Assembly (NCBI GenBank): GCA_964203335.1
Contig: CAXNKX010000002.1
Span: 113,207-177,206 of the forward strand
Direction of reading: 5' to 3'
From: Candidatus Nanopelagicus sp.
GTDB lineage: Bacteria > Actinomycetota > Actinomycetes > Nanopelagicales > Nanopelagicaceae
Length of the DNA: 64,000 bases
Shown: piece after piece, positions 35,996-47,311 of the stretch
How positions within the stretch are numbered: the first letter of the stretch is position 1
Layout of the letters: each line of letters opens with the position of its first letter
Made by a program: the position numbers and the translations under genes
Notes under the pieces: model-generated
The model's input: only the letters and a program-made list of their open reading frames with translations
Told to the model about the DNA's origin: nothing
Database searches by the model: none

Positions 35996-37296
35996 TTGGC
36001 ACCTACTGGTGTAAATAATGTTGCAGCCATTGGATCAAATGGGCACTGCCCAGCTGCTAAGTGATCTAAATATTCTTGGCGGAAATACTTAAGTGAAGAA
36101 ATAATTGGACTAGCTGCGCCATCAGCGAGCGCACAAAATGAGCGCCCCATGATGTTGTCACAAAGATCTAGCAACTTATCTAGGTCTGCTTCAGTTCCTT
36201 TTCCTGCCTCTAAATCCTTTAGTACTTGTACTAACCACCAGGTTCCTTCACGGCACGGTGTGCACTTTCCGCAAGATTCATGTTTATAAAACTCAGTCCA
36301 GCGTAATACTGCTCTAACAATGCAAGTTGTTTCATCAAATATTTGTAGTGCTTTTGTACCTAACATTGAGCCAGCAGCTGCTACACCTTCATAATCAAGT
36401 GGAACATCTAGATGAGCATCAGTAAATATTGGTGTAGATGACCCACCCGGTGTCCAAAACTTTAACTTGTGCCCGTTTCTAACTCCACCAGCGATATCAA
36501 GTAATTGGCGCAATGTGATTCCAAGTGGTGCTTCAAACTGTCCAGGGTTATTAACATGTCCTGATAATGAGTAAAGGGTGAAGCCTTTACTTTTCTCAGT
36601 TCCCATTGCGGTAAACCAAGTGACTCCATTATTAACAATTGCTGGTACTGACGCTACAGATTCAACATTATTAACAACAGTTGGTTTTGCATATAAACCT
36701 GCAATTGCTGGAAATGGTGGACGAAGTCTTGGTTGTCCTCTAAAACCCTCTAGTGAATCAAGGAGTGCGGTCTCTTCACCACAAATATAAGCACCAGCTC
36801 CAACATGCAATACCAACTCTAAATCAAATCCTTTTCCTAAAATATTTTTACCAAGTAGTCCGGCAGCATAGGCATCTTCAATTGCTTGCTGAACTCTTCG
36901 TACTACGTGAGCTACCTCCCCACGAATATATATAAATGCATAATTTGCTCTAATTGCATATGAACCAATAATTATTCCTTCAATTAATACATGCGGATTA
37001 GCCATCATAAGTGGTGTGTCTTTGCAGGTACCAGGTTCTGATTCATCTGCGTTAACTACAAAATAATGTTCCTTGTTATCTCCTTGTGGAATAAAACCCC
37101 ACTTGTTACCAGTTGGAAAACCTGCGCCACCTCTACCACGTAATCCAGAATCTTTAACTAATTGAATTACCTCATCCGCTGGCATGGCCAATGCTTTGGC
37201 AACAGCTGTGTAGCCACCATTTCGCTTATAACCTGTGATGGTAAATGAATCTGCTTCATCCCAATTAGCTGAAAGAACTGGAGTTAATTTACTCAT
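35992..37296 (-). CDS. nuoF: NADH dehydrogenase subunit F
   Basis: GLRGRGGAGFPTG, NADESEPGT, GAGAYICGEETAL, ESCGKCTPCREG. Confidence 0.99.
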   Translation of the reverse strand: MSKLTPVLSANWDEADSFTITGYKRNGGYTAVAKALAMPADEVIQLVKDSGLRGRGGAGFPTGNKWGFIPQGDNKEHYFVVNADESEPGTCKDTPLMMANPHVLIEGIIIGSYAIRANYAFIYIRGEVAHVVRRVQQAIEDAYAAGLLGKNILGKGFDLELVLHVGAGAYICGEETALLDSLEGFRGQPRLRPPFPAIAGLYAKPTVVNNVESVASVPAIVNNGVTWFTAMGTEKSKGFTLYSLSGHVNNPGQFEAPLGITLRQLLDIAGGVRNGHKLKFWTPGGSSTPIFTDAHLDVPLDYEGVAAAGSMLGTKALQIFDETTCIVRAVLRWTEFYKHESCGKCTPCREGTWWLVQVLKDLEAGKGTEADLDKLLDLCDNIMGRSFCALADGAASPIISSLKYFRQEYLDHLAAGQCPFDPMAATLFTPVGAK

Positions 37297-37919
37297 GCTC
37301 CACCTTTTGCTTTCTTAAGCCCAAGTAATGTTGGAGCACCTGCTTGCACACCTTCACCAGAAAGCCCATCTGAAATACCAGCGAGAACAGCAGAGTTTTG
37401 TTTCCAGGTTCTAAGTGTTTTGGGCCCACGTGTTGGTGCTGGTGGGTTACCACTTCTAGCTCCGTCTACTAAATTCTTAACTGATTCCACAGTTTGATTA
37501 TCGTAAAACTCCCAATTAACCATTACAACAGGTGCGTAATCACATGCTGCATTACATTCAATATGTTCTACAGAAACCTTTCCATCACTTGTTAGACCAT
37601 TATTTTCAATTCCAAGGTGCTCTTTAACCGCATCAAAGATCACATCTCCACCCATGACTGCACATAATGTATTTGTGCAGATTCCAACATGGTAATCACC
37701 TACTGGCTTTGACTTATATTGAGTATAGAAAGTTGAAACTGCAGTTACTTCAGCAGTAGCTAAATCAAGTTTTTTGCCAATTAATTCAATTCCCTCATTT
37801 GTTACATAACCTTCAATTGATTGTACGTAGTGAAGTAGCGGCATAATTGCACTTCGCTTACGTGGATACCTTGCAATAATTGAATCCATTATTGCTATCT
37901 GATCATTTGTATATGACAT
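37293..37919 (-). CDS. nuoE: NADH dehydrogenase subunit E
   Basis: CTNTLC and ECNAACDYAP [2Fe-2S] ligands. Confidence 0.98.
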   Translation of the reverse strand: MSYTNDQIAIMDSIIARYPRKRSAIMPLLHYVQSIEGYVTNEGIELIGKKLDLATAEVTAVSTFYTQYKSKPVGDYHVGICTNTLCAVMGGDVIFDAVKEHLGIENNGLTSDGKVSVEHIECNAACDYAPVVMVNWEFYDNQTVESVKNLVDGARSGNPPAPTRGPKTLRTWKQNSAVLAGISDGLSGEGVQAGAPTLLGLKKAKGGA

Positions 37920-39259
37920 TAGCGATCAACCCCACCCATTACTGGATCTAGTGATGCCACTGCTGCAATTACATCGGAAATCTGTCCGCCTTCACACATT
38001 GCTGCAGTTGCTTGAAGATTATTAAATGATGGATCTCTAAAGTGCACACGGTATGGCCTGGTACCGCCATCTGAAACTAAATGAACTCCAAGTTCACCAC
38101 GTGGTGATTCAATTGCGGTGTAAACCTGACCCACTGGAACTCTAAAACCTTCTGTTACTAATTTGAAATGATGAATCAATGCTTCCATTGATTCGCCCAT
38201 AATCTCTCTGATGTGATTTAGTGAGTTACCCATACCATCTGCGCCAACAGATAACTGAGATGGCCAAGCAATTTTCTTATCGGCAACCATTACTGGCTCA
38301 CCTTCTAGTTTTTCTAATTTAGCTACACACTGTTCAATAATTCTTAACGATTGTTCAAGCTCCTGCATCCTTATTAAAAATCTGCCATAAACATCACAAC
38401 TATCAGTTGTTGGAATATCAAATTGATAATTCTCATATCCACAATAGGGTTGGGCTTTTCTTAAGTCCCAAGCTAAACCAGTTGAGCGAAGAACTGGACC
38501 AGTGATACCAAGAGTTGTGCAACCTGCTAAATCTAAGTAACCAATACCTTGTGTGCGTTTAATCCAAATTGAATTACCAATTAAGAGTTTTTCATTATCT
38601 TTAAAGTTATGACGTAATTCTTTAACAGTCTGCCTAATTTTGCTAAGCGCACCATCCGGTAAATCCTGCGCTACCCCGCCAGGCCTGACGTATGCCATAT
38701 TCATTCGCAGCCCAGAAACCATCTCAAATACATCTAGTACTTTCTCGCGTTCTCTAAATGCAAAAATCATTGGCGACAATGCGCCTAGCTCTAGGGCGCC
38801 AGTTCCAAGAGCAACCATATGAGATGAGATTCGATTGAACTCCATCATCATTACTCTAATTACAGTAGCGCGCTCTGTTACATCGTTTGTAATCCCTAAA
38901 AGCTTTTCAACACCCAAGCAATAAGCAGTCTCATTAAACATTGGAGACAAGTAATCCATTCTGGTTACAAAAGTTACGCCTTGTGTCCAATTTCGGTATT
39001 CAGTATTTTTTTCAATACCTGTGTGTAGATAACCAATTCCACACCGTGTTTCAGTAATTGTTTCACCATCAAGCTCTAGTACTAATCGCAGCACACCATG
39101 TGTTGATGGATGCTGTGGACCCATATTTAAAACAACACGCTCTTCTTTGGTCGCGCCAATTTCAGTAACTAATGAATCCCAATCACCGCCGGTTACAGAA
39201 TAAACACGACCTTCAGTAGTTTCCTGTGAGGATGCGTATGGATCGGTAAAAGTTGTCAT
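37919..39259 (-). CDS. nuoD: NADH dehydrogenase subunit D
   Basis: [41 protein letters not shown]. Confidence 0.99.
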   Translation of the reverse strand: MTTFTDPYASSQETTEGRVYSVTGGDWDSLVTEIGATKEERVVLNMGPQHPSTHGVLRLVLELDGETITETRCGIGYLHTGIEKNTEYRNWTQGVTFVTRMDYLSPMFNETAYCLGVEKLLGITNDVTERATVIRVMMMEFNRISSHMVALGTGALELGALSPMIFAFREREKVLDVFEMVSGLRMNMAYVRPGGVAQDLPDGALSKIRQTVKELRHNFKDNEKLLIGNSIWIKRTQGIGYLDLAGCTTLGITGPVLRSTGLAWDLRKAQPYCGYENYQFDIPTTDSCDVYGRFLIRMQELEQSLRIIEQCVAKLEKLEGEPVMVADKKIAWPSQLSVGADGMGNSLNHIREIMGESMEALIHHFKLVTEGFRVPVGQVYTAIESPRGELGVHLVSDGGTRPYRVHFRDPSFNNLQATAAMCEGGQISDVIAAVASLDPVMGGVDR

Positions 39260-39885
39260 TGATAGCTCCGGCGTTGAGATGGTGCGGGCACAGTTGCACC
39301 TTTGTATTCAATATCAATTCCACCAAGTGGATAATCTTTTCGTTGCGGAAATCCTGGCCAATCATCTGGCATTAAAATTCTTGTTAACCCTGGGTGATTA
39401 TCAAAAATAATCCCAAACATGTCGTATGTCTCGCGCTCATGCCAATTTGCACCGGCCCAAACTTCAACTAAAGATGGCATATGTGAATCTTTTTCTGATA
39501 CGCAAACTTCTAATCTAATTCGTTGATTTCTAGTAATTGAAAGTAACGAGTAGACCGCATGAAGTTCGCGTCCAACCTCACTTGGGTAATGTGCTCCGCT
39601 TACACCAATACACATTTCAAACTTAAGTTGATCACGTAAAATTTTTGCAACATCAAATAGGCGATCGCGCTTAATAAATAATGTTAGCTCGCCCCGATCG
39701 ACTACAACTTTTTCAATTGCATCACTAAATAATGGATATGCCCGTTCTAGATCATCAGCTATTTGATCGAAATAACTGCCAAAAGGGCGTTGGGTTACAC
39801 CGACATTAGAAGAGGAATTTACTAATCCACCAAAACCAGAGGTGTCTCCACTTCCCTTTGCACCAAACATTCCGTTTTCACTCAT
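39256..39885 (-). CDS. nuoC: NADH dehydrogenase subunit C
   Basis: [35 protein letters not shown]. Confidence 0.98.
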   Translation of the reverse strand: MSENGMFGAKGSGDTSGFGGLVNSSSNVGVTQRPFGSYFDQIADDLERAYPLFSDAIEKVVVDRGELTLFIKRDRLFDVAKILRDQLKFEMCIGVSGAHYPSEVGRELHAVYSLLSITRNQRIRLEVCVSEKDSHMPSLVEVWAGANWHERETYDMFGIIFDNHPGLTRILMPDDWPGFPQRKDYPLGGIDIEYKGATVPAPSQRRSYQ

Positions 39886-40436
39886 GCTAATAAACCTTTT
39901 AATTGATGAGTTGGCTTAGCTGCTAAAGCAGCAGCTTCTACTTCTTTAATGATCTTCTCGCGGTTTGGACCTAATTTTTCGTTACCAATTTGTTCATGTA
40001 ACTTCAAAATTGCATCCATAAGCATTTCAGGTCTTGGTGGGCAACCTGGTAAATAAATATCAACTGGAATTATGTGATCAACGCCCTGCACGATTGCATA
40101 ATTATTAAACATTCCACCAGATGATGCACAAGCACCCATTGCAATAGTCCACTTAGGTGCTGCCATTTGATCATAAATCTGACGAACAACCGGCGCCATT
40201 TTGTTGCTAACTCTTCCAGCAACAATCATTAAATCTGCTTGGCGTGGTGATGCTCTAAATACTTCCATTCCAAACCGTGCTAAGTCATATCGACCAGCAC
40301 CTGCTGCCATCATTTCAATCGCGCAGCAGGCTAAACCAAAAGTAGCTGGCCAAAGTGAGTTCTTTCGCATATATCCAGCAAGTTTTTCAACAGTAGTAAG
40401 TAGAAATCCACTCGGTAATTTTTCCTCTAAACCCAC
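39882..40436 (-). CDS. nuoB: NADH dehydrogenase subunit B
   Basis: [28 protein letters not shown]; start placed at GTG 40436 ([10 protein letters not shown]). Confidence 0.98.
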   Translation of the reverse strand: MGLEEKLPSGFLLTTVEKLAGYMRKNSLWPATFGLACCAIEMMAAGAGRYDLARFGMEVFRASPRQADLMIVAGRVSNKMAPVVRQIYDQMAAPKWTIAMGACASSGGMFNNYAIVQGVDHIIPVDIYLPGCPPRPEMLMDAILKLHEQIGNEKLGPNREKIIKEVEAAALAAKPTHQLKGLLA

Positions 40437-40438
40437 GA

Positions 40439-40810
40439 TTAATCCCATTCCAATCCGCCGCGTCGCCAAACATATGCATAGGCAACAAAAACGGTTCCAA
40501 TAAATAATGCCATCTCAACTAATCCAAATAACCCAAGTTGATCAAAGGCGACTGCCCATGGGTATAAAAATACAATTTCAATATCAAAAATAATAAATAA
40601 CATTGCAGTTAAAAAATATTTCACAGGAAACCTACCGCCACCAGCGGCTTGAGGTGATGGTTCAATTCCACATTCATAAGCATCTGATTTAGCTCGGTTA
40701 TATCTTTTAGGCCCTGTTAGCGCTGCTGCGATAACAGAGAAAACTGCGAAACCAAGACCGATTGCACCGATCGCCAGGATAGGTACATATGGGTTTATTG
40801 ATGGATTCAT
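40439..40810 (-). CDS. nuoA: NADH dehydrogenase subunit A
   Basis: [23 protein letters not shown]. Confidence 0.98.
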   Translation of the reverse strand: MNPSINPYVPILAIGAIGLGFAVFSVIAAALTGPKRYNRAKSDAYECGIEPSPQAAGGGRFPVKYFLTAMLFIIFDIEIVFLYPWAVAFDQLGLFGLVEMALFIGTVFVAYAYVWRRGGLEWD

Positions 40811-40821
40811 ACGGTCAAATC

Positions 40822-41544
40822 TTATGGTTTAGCGGAGGCATCTTTTGCCACTTCGCCTTTATAGCCAATGTGAACTGCGACAATACCGAAGGTTAAATCC
40901 TGCCACGCCACAGATTTAAACCCGATATCACGAAATTTTAAGGCCAGGCCTGCCTGATCTGGCCAAGCCCGGATTGATTCTGCTAGGTAGACATATGCAT
41001 CAGGATTTTTGCTTACTTTTCTAGCAATTACAGGTAGTGCCTTCATTAAATAATTTAAATATATCTTTCTAAAAATTAAATTAGTTGGGTGAGAAAATTC
41101 GGCAACTACAATCTTGCCGTCTGCTTTTGTTACACGCAAAGCCTCTTTAAGGGCGGTTAAAGTATTTGAAGTATTGCGCAAGCCAAAAGAAATAGTTGTT
41201 ACATCAAAAGTATTTTCTTCAAATGGCAGGTTTAGAGCATCTCCTTGCATAAATTTGATATCTCTATTTTGCTTACGCCCTTGCGCAAGCATGCCTTCTG
41301 AAAAATCTAGTGCAATAACTTCAGCGCCTTTATCAACTAGCGGGCGAGAAGATGAACCAGTTCCAGCAGCAATATCTAAAATCTTCATTCCTGGTTTTGG
41401 TGCAATGATTGAGGTCACAACTTTTCGCCAAGCCTTTGTTCTACCTAAGCTTAGTAAGTCATTTAGAAAGTCATATCGAGTGGCCACTGAGTCAAACATC
41501 TTTGAAACATCATCTGGATCTTTGTTTAAATTTGCGCGGACCAC
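40822..41544 (-). CDS. menG: Demethylmenaquinone methyltransferase
   Basis: MFDSVATRYDFLND, ILDIAAGTG, ISFGLRN, AYVYLAESI. Confidence 0.96.
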   Translation of the reverse strand: MVRANLNKDPDDVSKMFDSVATRYDFLNDLLSLGRTKAWRKVVTSIIAPKPGMKILDIAAGTGSSSRPLVDKGAEVIALDFSEGMLAQGRKQNRDIKFMQGDALNLPFEENTFDVTTISFGLRNTSNTLTALKEALRVTKADGKIVVAEFSHPTNLIFRKIYLNYLMKALPVIARKVSKNPDAYVYLAESIRAWPDQAGLALKFRDIGFKSVAWQDLTFGIVAVHIGYKGEVAKDASAKP

Positions 41545-41608
41545 AGGAGTATTCTCTAAGGAGTAGGCTTTACAGACAAATCCTACAAATAGGCAGGCGC
41601 GAATTTAC

Positions 41609-42838
41609 ATGTCCGTTTTAATTACCACTGAGATTCTAGGTGAGCACCCAGTACTAACCTCAGTAAATACTAAATTGGATTTAGTAAATGCTTGGGTAAG
41701 AAGTGGTGATGGTTTAGTAGGTTTTGGTGAATACAAGAAATTTGAAGTTAAGGGTGAAAATAGATTTAAAGAAGCTAAAACCTGGTGGGAAGAAAGAGTT
41801 TCAGAGTTTAAAATTCAAAATAATGTTCATGGTAGTGGAACAGGTCCAATTCTATTCTCATCATTTTCATTTGATCCTAACGAGATATCAGTACTTGTTA
41901 TTCCAGAGATTTTAATTGGTCAAAAAAATGGAAAATCTTGGATAACTTGGATTGGTAATGTTAAGCAACCTAACTTAGAAAAAATAAATACTGCGCCAGT
42001 TAGTGGCGAAATTAAATGGCAGGAAGGCTCAATTTCAGAACAAGCGTGGCAGTCTCAAGTTAGCAGCGCAATTAATGCAATTAAATCGAATAAACTAGAA
42101 AAAGTTGTTCTAGCTAGAGATATAACTGCGACATCAAAAACTGAAATAGGTGTGCGAAGTTTGTTGCAACGCCTTGAAATCGAATACCCATCAACTTGGA
42201 TTTTCTTAGTTGATGGACTAATTGGTGCAACACCTGAGCTTTTGGTAAGGCTTAGTAAATCCTTAGTAACTTCAAGAGTTCTGGCTGGCACAATTCGTAA
42301 GACTGGAAATGAAGATCGTGATTTAACACTTGCCGCCTCACTCGCAAAGTCATCTAAAGATTTAGAGGAACATGAGTATGCAGTGAGATCTGTTGCAGAT
42401 GCACTTGCACCGTTTTGTTCTTCTACAAATGTGCCCGAAGCACCATTTGTATTACACCTTTCAAATGTTATGCACCTTGCAACTGATGTGACTGGAGTTT
42501 TAAATGACAGTGCCAAGCAATCAGATATTTTCACGTTAATTGCACAACTGCACCCTTCTGCTGCAGTTTGTGGAACACCAGCACTAGAAGCAAAGAAATT
42601 AATTGTTGAATTAGAACAAATGAACCGCCAGCGCTACGCCGGGCCAGTCGGTTGGATTGATGCCAATAATGATGGAGAGATTGCAATTGCCCTTAGATGT
42701 GGGCAATTAAGTAATGATCGAAATTCAATACGTATTTTTGCTGGTTGTGGGATTGTTGCTGGATCCGATCCGGCTACTGAATTTGCTGAAAGTCAGGCTA
42801 AATTAATGCCAATGCGAACCGCACTAGAAACTCTTTGA
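41609..42838 (+). CDS. menF: Isochorismate synthase
   Basis: KVVLAR, GATPELL, LAGT, KDLEEH, LHPSAAVCGTP, YAGPVGW, FAGCGIV; men cluster context. Confidence 0.93.
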   Translation: MSVLITTEILGEHPVLTSVNTKLDLVNAWVRSGDGLVGFGEYKKFEVKGENRFKEAKTWWEERVSEFKIQNNVHGSGTGPILFSSFSFDPNEISVLVIPEILIGQKNGKSWITWIGNVKQPNLEKINTAPVSGEIKWQEGSISEQAWQSQVSSAINAIKSNKLEKVVLARDITATSKTEIGVRSLLQRLEIEYPSTWIFLVDGLIGATPELLVRLSKSLVTSRVLAGTIRKTGNEDRDLTLAASLAKSSKDLEEHEYAVRSVADALAPFCSSTNVPEAPFVLHLSNVMHLATDVTGVLNDSAKQSDIFTLIAQLHPSAAVCGTPALEAKKLIVELEQMNRQRYAGPVGWIDANNDGEIAIALRCGQLSNDRNSIRIFAGCGIVAGSDPATEFAESQAKLMPMRTALETL

Positions 42839-44355
42839 GTAATTTCTTTTAATATTTTTGCGTTAACTTCTCGACTTGGTACTTCTATAACAACAACCTC
42901 AAATCCATTTACTGGCTTTCTTAATATCAATTCAAGCCCAGTTAAATCTGAAACTCTATCCACTGAAACACCAAACCCAGATATGACTTTAACTAAATCA
43001 AGGTTATGAGGAGTGCCAAATACTTGCTCAAAACCATTTGATCCAGCTTGCGGCAAGGTTGAGAAAATACCACCACCGTTATTATCTATAACAAAAATTC
43101 TAAGATTTTCCTTTGAAGTGTTAGTCAGAGCTGAAATATCATGCAAAAATGTTAAATCTCCCATGATGGAATTAGTTGTTTCATGCTCTTGTGCAATACC
43201 AAATACGGTTGAGATATTCCCATCAATTCCAGCTAAGCCTCGGTTAGCAAAAACTAAAATTCCGCTTTGAAACTTAATAAATGCTTCGATATCTCTAACA
43301 GGCCTAGATGAACCAACAAATAATGCACTCATACTTGTTAGTGACTCACATATACTTTTAATCGCTGTTTGTTCAGACCATACAAGATTTTTAGTTTCGG
43401 CTGCTGCTAATTCTGAAGCTTTTTGCCAAATACCATCATTAGTGAACTCACTTGTTACTTCAGAAGGCAGTGATTTAAGCAATAAATCTGCCTGCCTATT
43501 ATTGTCAACATCAGCAACTCGTGGGTCAATAACAATTAGATTTTTTGCTAATTTTATAAACTCGTTAACACTACGAGAAAGAGTTGTTCGCCCAATTACA
43601 ATAATGTTTTCAGGCGCTAGTGCCTGTCTGATTTTAGGATCAGATAGATACAGCACTGCGTGAGGGTGTGCTTGTGGAAAAGAAAGTGGATTCTCTGCAA
43701 TTACTGGCCACTTTAATTTACCAACAAAACTATTTACCTCATCGTCTGTATAACCTGCGTTATCATGTCCAATAATCAACACTCCAGTAGAAGTTTCTAA
43801 CTTTCCACCGACATTATTTTTGTATTTAATTGGTTCAATTTTTATACCAGCAAGCCAGTCATTTTTTTCCTCACTTAGTAATGGTTCACTAAATTGAATA
43901 TTTAAATGGATGGGTTTGCCATTAAGTAATGGCTTTAATTCAATTTCTGATGCTAAATCATGAGTTTTAATTAACTTATATATCCCTACTTGATCAGTTG
44001 TTTGATTTGCCCCGGTTTTACGTAGTATTTCTGGACGATCAGCGGTAATTATTAATAACTTAACATTGCTATGAAAAGCTTCAAGGGCTGCTGGATAAAA
44101 GTTTGCGGCTGCTGTTCCACTAGTGCAAATAACTGCTACGTAATTATTGCTAGCTTTTGCAATTCCTAAAGCAAAAAATGCAGCGCCTCGTTCATCAATT
44201 TTTACATGCAAATCAATTATTTGTTTACTTGCGGCTTCACTTAAAGCAATTGTTAAAGGAGCATTTCGTGAACCGGGAGAAATTACAAAGTTACTTATTC
44301 CTAATTGGATAAGTTGCCTTAGAAGTGAATGCGCTAATTTTGTTGAATTGCTCAA
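42793..44355 (-). CDS. menD: SEPHCHC synthase
   Basis: ISPGSRNAPL, IDERGAAFFALG, CTSGTAAAN, NRGLAGIDG, GDLTFLHD, DNNGGGIF. Confidence 0.97.
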   Translation of the reverse strand: MSNSTKLAHSLLRQLIQLGISNFVISPGSRNAPLTIALSEAASKQIIDLHVKIDERGAAFFALGIAKASNNYVAVICTSGTAAANFYPAALEAFHSNVKLLIITADRPEILRKTGANQTTDQVGIYKLIKTHDLASEIELKPLLNGKPIHLNIQFSEPLLSEEKNDWLAGIKIEPIKYKNNVGGKLETSTGVLIIGHDNAGYTDDEVNSFVGKLKWPVIAENPLSFPQAHPHAVLYLSDPKIRQALAPENIIVIGRTTLSRSVNEFIKLAKNLIVIDPRVADVDNNRQADLLLKSLPSEVTSEFTNDGIWQKASELAAAETKNLVWSEQTAIKSICESLTSMSALFVGSSRPVRDIEAFIKFQSGILVFANRGLAGIDGNISTVFGIAQEHETTNSIMGDLTFLHDISALTNTSKENLRIFVIDNNGGGIFSTLPQAGSNGFEQVFGTPHNLDLVKVISGFGVSVDRVSDLTGLELILRKPVNGFEVVVIEVPSREVNAKILKEITQRVSSAVRIGINLA

Positions 44356-45293
44356 ATTAGGCTCCCTTCATAAATTACATCAGCCCTATCTTGCCACCAT
44401 TTTTGGCGTTGATTATCTACTTTAAATTCACTTATTCGATCAGGTGTAACTCTGCGATTAACGATCACGCCATTTGATGCGAGAAGAGAATTACTTGTTA
44501 CGTCACCTTCAAGTAAAGCTACTGTAGCTAGCCCACATGCACCATAAAGATTAGGAATAGCACAGGCAAGTGCTAGTCCATGAGATATACCAACACTTGA
44601 ATCCAAAGCACTTGATATAACAACTGGTAATGAAATTTGCTTAATCAAGTTGATAGCTGCATTTATGCCTCCTGATGGCGCCCATTTAATAACTGCAACA
44701 TCTGCAACATCTTTTAGCTTTGTTAAATCACTACTTAGAAATTTACGTATCGATTCATCTACGGCAATTTTTATTCCAGTTTCATTTTTTAGTGCTTTAA
44801 GATCTGCAATATCTAGACATGGTTGTTCAACATAATCAATTAAGCCTGCAAACTCACCCTCATAATTTTTAAGGTTTACTACGGCTTCTTCTAATGTCCA
44901 GCCTCCATTTATATCAAGTCTAAATTTTGCATTTGGAACATGTTTTAAGCATTCAATTAATAGCTCTCTATCAAGAGTAAAATCATTAATTTTAATCTTA
45001 ACTGTTGTGCAACCATCAAAATTTGAAAGTACTTTCTCAACTTCAGCAGGTTTTATATTTGGTAAAGTTGCATTGACCATAACTTCATTCCTAAGTGGAT
45101 TTGGTGCTGGTTTTGTCGCCGCTTCTAAAGAAGCTTTCATCCAGGTTGCTGATTGCTTGTTGTCATACTCAGTAAATGGTGAGAATTCACTCCATCCAGC
45201 AGGCCCTTCAAATAAAGCTATCTCGCGGGATTTAATTCCTCGGAAATTATTCTTGACCGGTATTGAAACAACTTGTAACTCAAACGGAAACAT
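44352..45293 (-). CDS. menC: o-succinylbenzoate synthase
   Basis: FRGI..RE, GWSEFSPF, TVKIK, RLDINGGW, YVEQP, AVDESIR. Confidence 0.94.
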   Translation of the reverse strand: MFPFELQVVSIPVKNNFRGIKSREIALFEGPAGWSEFSPFTEYDNKQSATWMKASLEAATKPAPNPLRNEVMVNATLPNIKPAEVEKVLSNFDGCTTVKIKINDFTLDRELLIECLKHVPNAKFRLDINGGWTLEEAVVNLKNYEGEFAGLIDYVEQPCLDIADLKALKNETGIKIAVDESIRKFLSSDLTKLKDVADVAVIKWAPSGGINAAINLIKQISLPVVISSALDSSVGISHGLALACAIPNLYGACGLATVALLEGDVTSNSLLASNGVIVNRRVTPDRISEFKVDNQRQKWWQDRADVIYEGSLI

Positions 45294-45296
45294 TAC

Positions 45297-46175
45297 TTAT
45301 GGGCGTTTAGGAAACTTGTTAAAGTTTGGTTCCCGCTTTTCTTGATAAGCATTACGCCCTTCTTGACCTTCCTCTGTTAAATAAAACAACATAGTTGCAT
45401 CACCGGCTAATTGCTGAATACCAGCAAGGCCATCATCTGCAGCGTTCAAACTTGCCTTTAGTAATCTAAGAGCCATTGGTGAATGCCTTAACATTTCCCT
45501 AGCCCAAGAAACAGTCTCTGCTTCTAACTCTTTTACTGGTACAACCGCGTTAACTAATCCCATTTCAAGTGCTTCTTTCGCATCATATTGTCGGCATAAA
45601 AACCAAATCTCTCTAGCCTTTTTCTGACCAACGTGAGCGGCAAGTAATCCGGCGCCGTAACCACCATCGAAAGATCCAACCATTGGTCCGGTTTGGCCAA
45701 ACTTTGCATTCTCTGCTGCAATTGTTAAATCACAAACAACATGTAATACATGGCCTCCGCCAATTGCCCAACCAGCAACCATTGCAACTACTGGTTTAGG
45801 AGTTCTTCTAATTTGAACTTGCAAATCTAAAACATTTAAGCGACCAATACCTTTTTTACTAAGTGCATCATCGCCAAGATATCCGTCATCTCCTCGCACA
45901 TTAATATCGCCACCTGAACAGAAAGCCTCAGTTCCTGAACCAGTAAATATGATTACTCCGACTTGATCATTATCTCGAGCTAAATTAAATGCCTCTGATA
46001 ATTCAAATAGTGTTTGTGGTCTAAAAGCGTTTCGAACTTCCGGTCGATTGATAGTTATCTTTGCCATACCTTCAGCTAATTGGTATGAAATATCAGTGAA
46101 TTTTTCACCGCCGGCAGCAGTTTGCCAGTTAGGAATCGTGCGCTCACCTGGTTCACGTTTAATTGGCTTACTCAA
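45297..46175 (-). CDS. menB: 1,4-dihydroxy-2-naphthoyl-CoA synthase
   Basis: [36 protein letters not shown]. Confidence 0.98.
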   Translation of the reverse strand: MSKPIKREPGERTIPNWQTAAGGEKFTDISYQLAEGMAKITINRPEVRNAFRPQTLFELSEAFNLARDNDQVGVIIFTGSGTEAFCSGGDINVRGDDGYLGDDALSKKGIGRLNVLDLQVQIRRTPKPVVAMVAGWAIGGGHVLHVVCDLTIAAENAKFGQTGPMVGSFDGGYGAGLLAAHVGQKKAREIWFLCRQYDAKEALEMGLVNAVVPVKELEAETVSWAREMLRHSPMALRLLKASLNAADDGLAGIQQLAGDATMLFYLTEEGQEGRNAYQEKREPNFNKFPKRP

Positions 46176-46228
46176 GATATCTCCAAAGGTTTAACTAGGA
46201 TTTAGATAAGAGATAGCCTACGGGGATT

Positions 46229-47311
46229 ATGGGGGAAAAAGAACTTCGTGCATTAATACCTATCCAGGCTGAGTGGTCAATCCCACAACTGCAAGAAAAC
46301 TTGGCTGCAGCCCTTGAAGGATCAGGGCCAGCACTTTCAACTGGTTCACTTTCAATAACAGAAATAGCTAAGGAAATAACCCTAGTTGTAAATACCTCCG
46401 GCTCAACTTCTTCAGCAAAATCTGTTGCACTATCTAGCTCAGCACTAATTGCATCAACTAATGCAAGCCATAAGTATTTAGGTGCAACCCCGGGTGATAG
46501 TTGGTCACTACTGCTTCCAACTTCACACATTGCAGGATTAAATGTTTTGATAAGAGCAACTGCATTAGGAAGTAGAGTTATTGATAATCGTAATACCTCT
46601 AACTTTATTGACGCTGATTTTATTTCAATCGTTCCAACCCAATTACATAAAGCATTAACTGGTGACCTAAAACTATTAGAACATTTAACGGCTGCAGAAG
46701 CAGTATTAGTTGGCGGAGGAGCAATTAGTGATAAATTAAAAAAAGAAGCTGCAGCTAAACATGTAAAAGTAGTTACAACATATGGAATGACTGAAATGAG
46801 TGGTGGCTGTGTCTACAATCAAAAACCTTTAGATGGGGTTGAAATAAAGGTAAATGATGCTGGTCAAATTAAATTAACTGGCCCAATGATTGCTAGTGGA
46901 TACTTATCAGATGAAGGAGTGATCAAAGCATTTAGCAATGATGGTTGGTTTGAAAGCACTGACTTAGGTAGTTTCACTTCAGGAATGCTAAAAGTCAATG
47001 GTAGGTCAGATGAGGTAATCATTTCTGGGGGCGAAAACATTTCACTTCTACTAGTTGAACAAAAAGTTAGAGAATTACTCCCCAATCAAGAAATAATTGC
47101 TTTTTCTCTTCCAGATGATATGTGGGGTGAAAAACTATGCCTTGGCAGTAATAGTAAAATTGATTTAATAAGTCTAAAAGAGAAACTGGGTTCAATAATG
47201 ACTCCGAAGTTAGTATTTTTATTTGATCAAATTCCTACTACTTCAATTGGTAAGCCAGATCGAAGGGCAGCTGCAGATCTAGCAAGAAAAATATTGGTGC
47301 CAAATGAATAA
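46229..47311 (+). CDS. menE: o-succinylbenzoate-CoA ligase (short actinobacterial type)
   Basis: TSGSTSSAK P-loop, HIAGL, TYGMTE, GRSDEVIISGGEN, GKPDR; men cluster context. Confidence 0.9.
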   Translation: MGEKELRALIPIQAEWSIPQLQENLAAALEGSGPALSTGSLSITEIAKEITLVVNTSGSTSSAKSVALSSSALIASTNASHKYLGATPGDSWSLLLPTSHIAGLNVLIRATALGSRVIDNRNTSNFIDADFISIVPTQLHKALTGDLKLLEHLTAAEAVLVGGGAISDKLKKEAAAKHVKVVTTYGMTEMSGGCVYNQKPLDGVEIKVNDAGQIKLTGPMIASGYLSDEGVIKAFSNDGWFESTDLGSFTSGMLKVNGRSDEVIISGGENISLLLVEQKVRELLPNQEIIAFSLPDDMWGEKLCLGSNSKIDLISLKEKLGSIMTPKLVFLFDQIPTTSIGKPDRRAAADLARKILVPNE

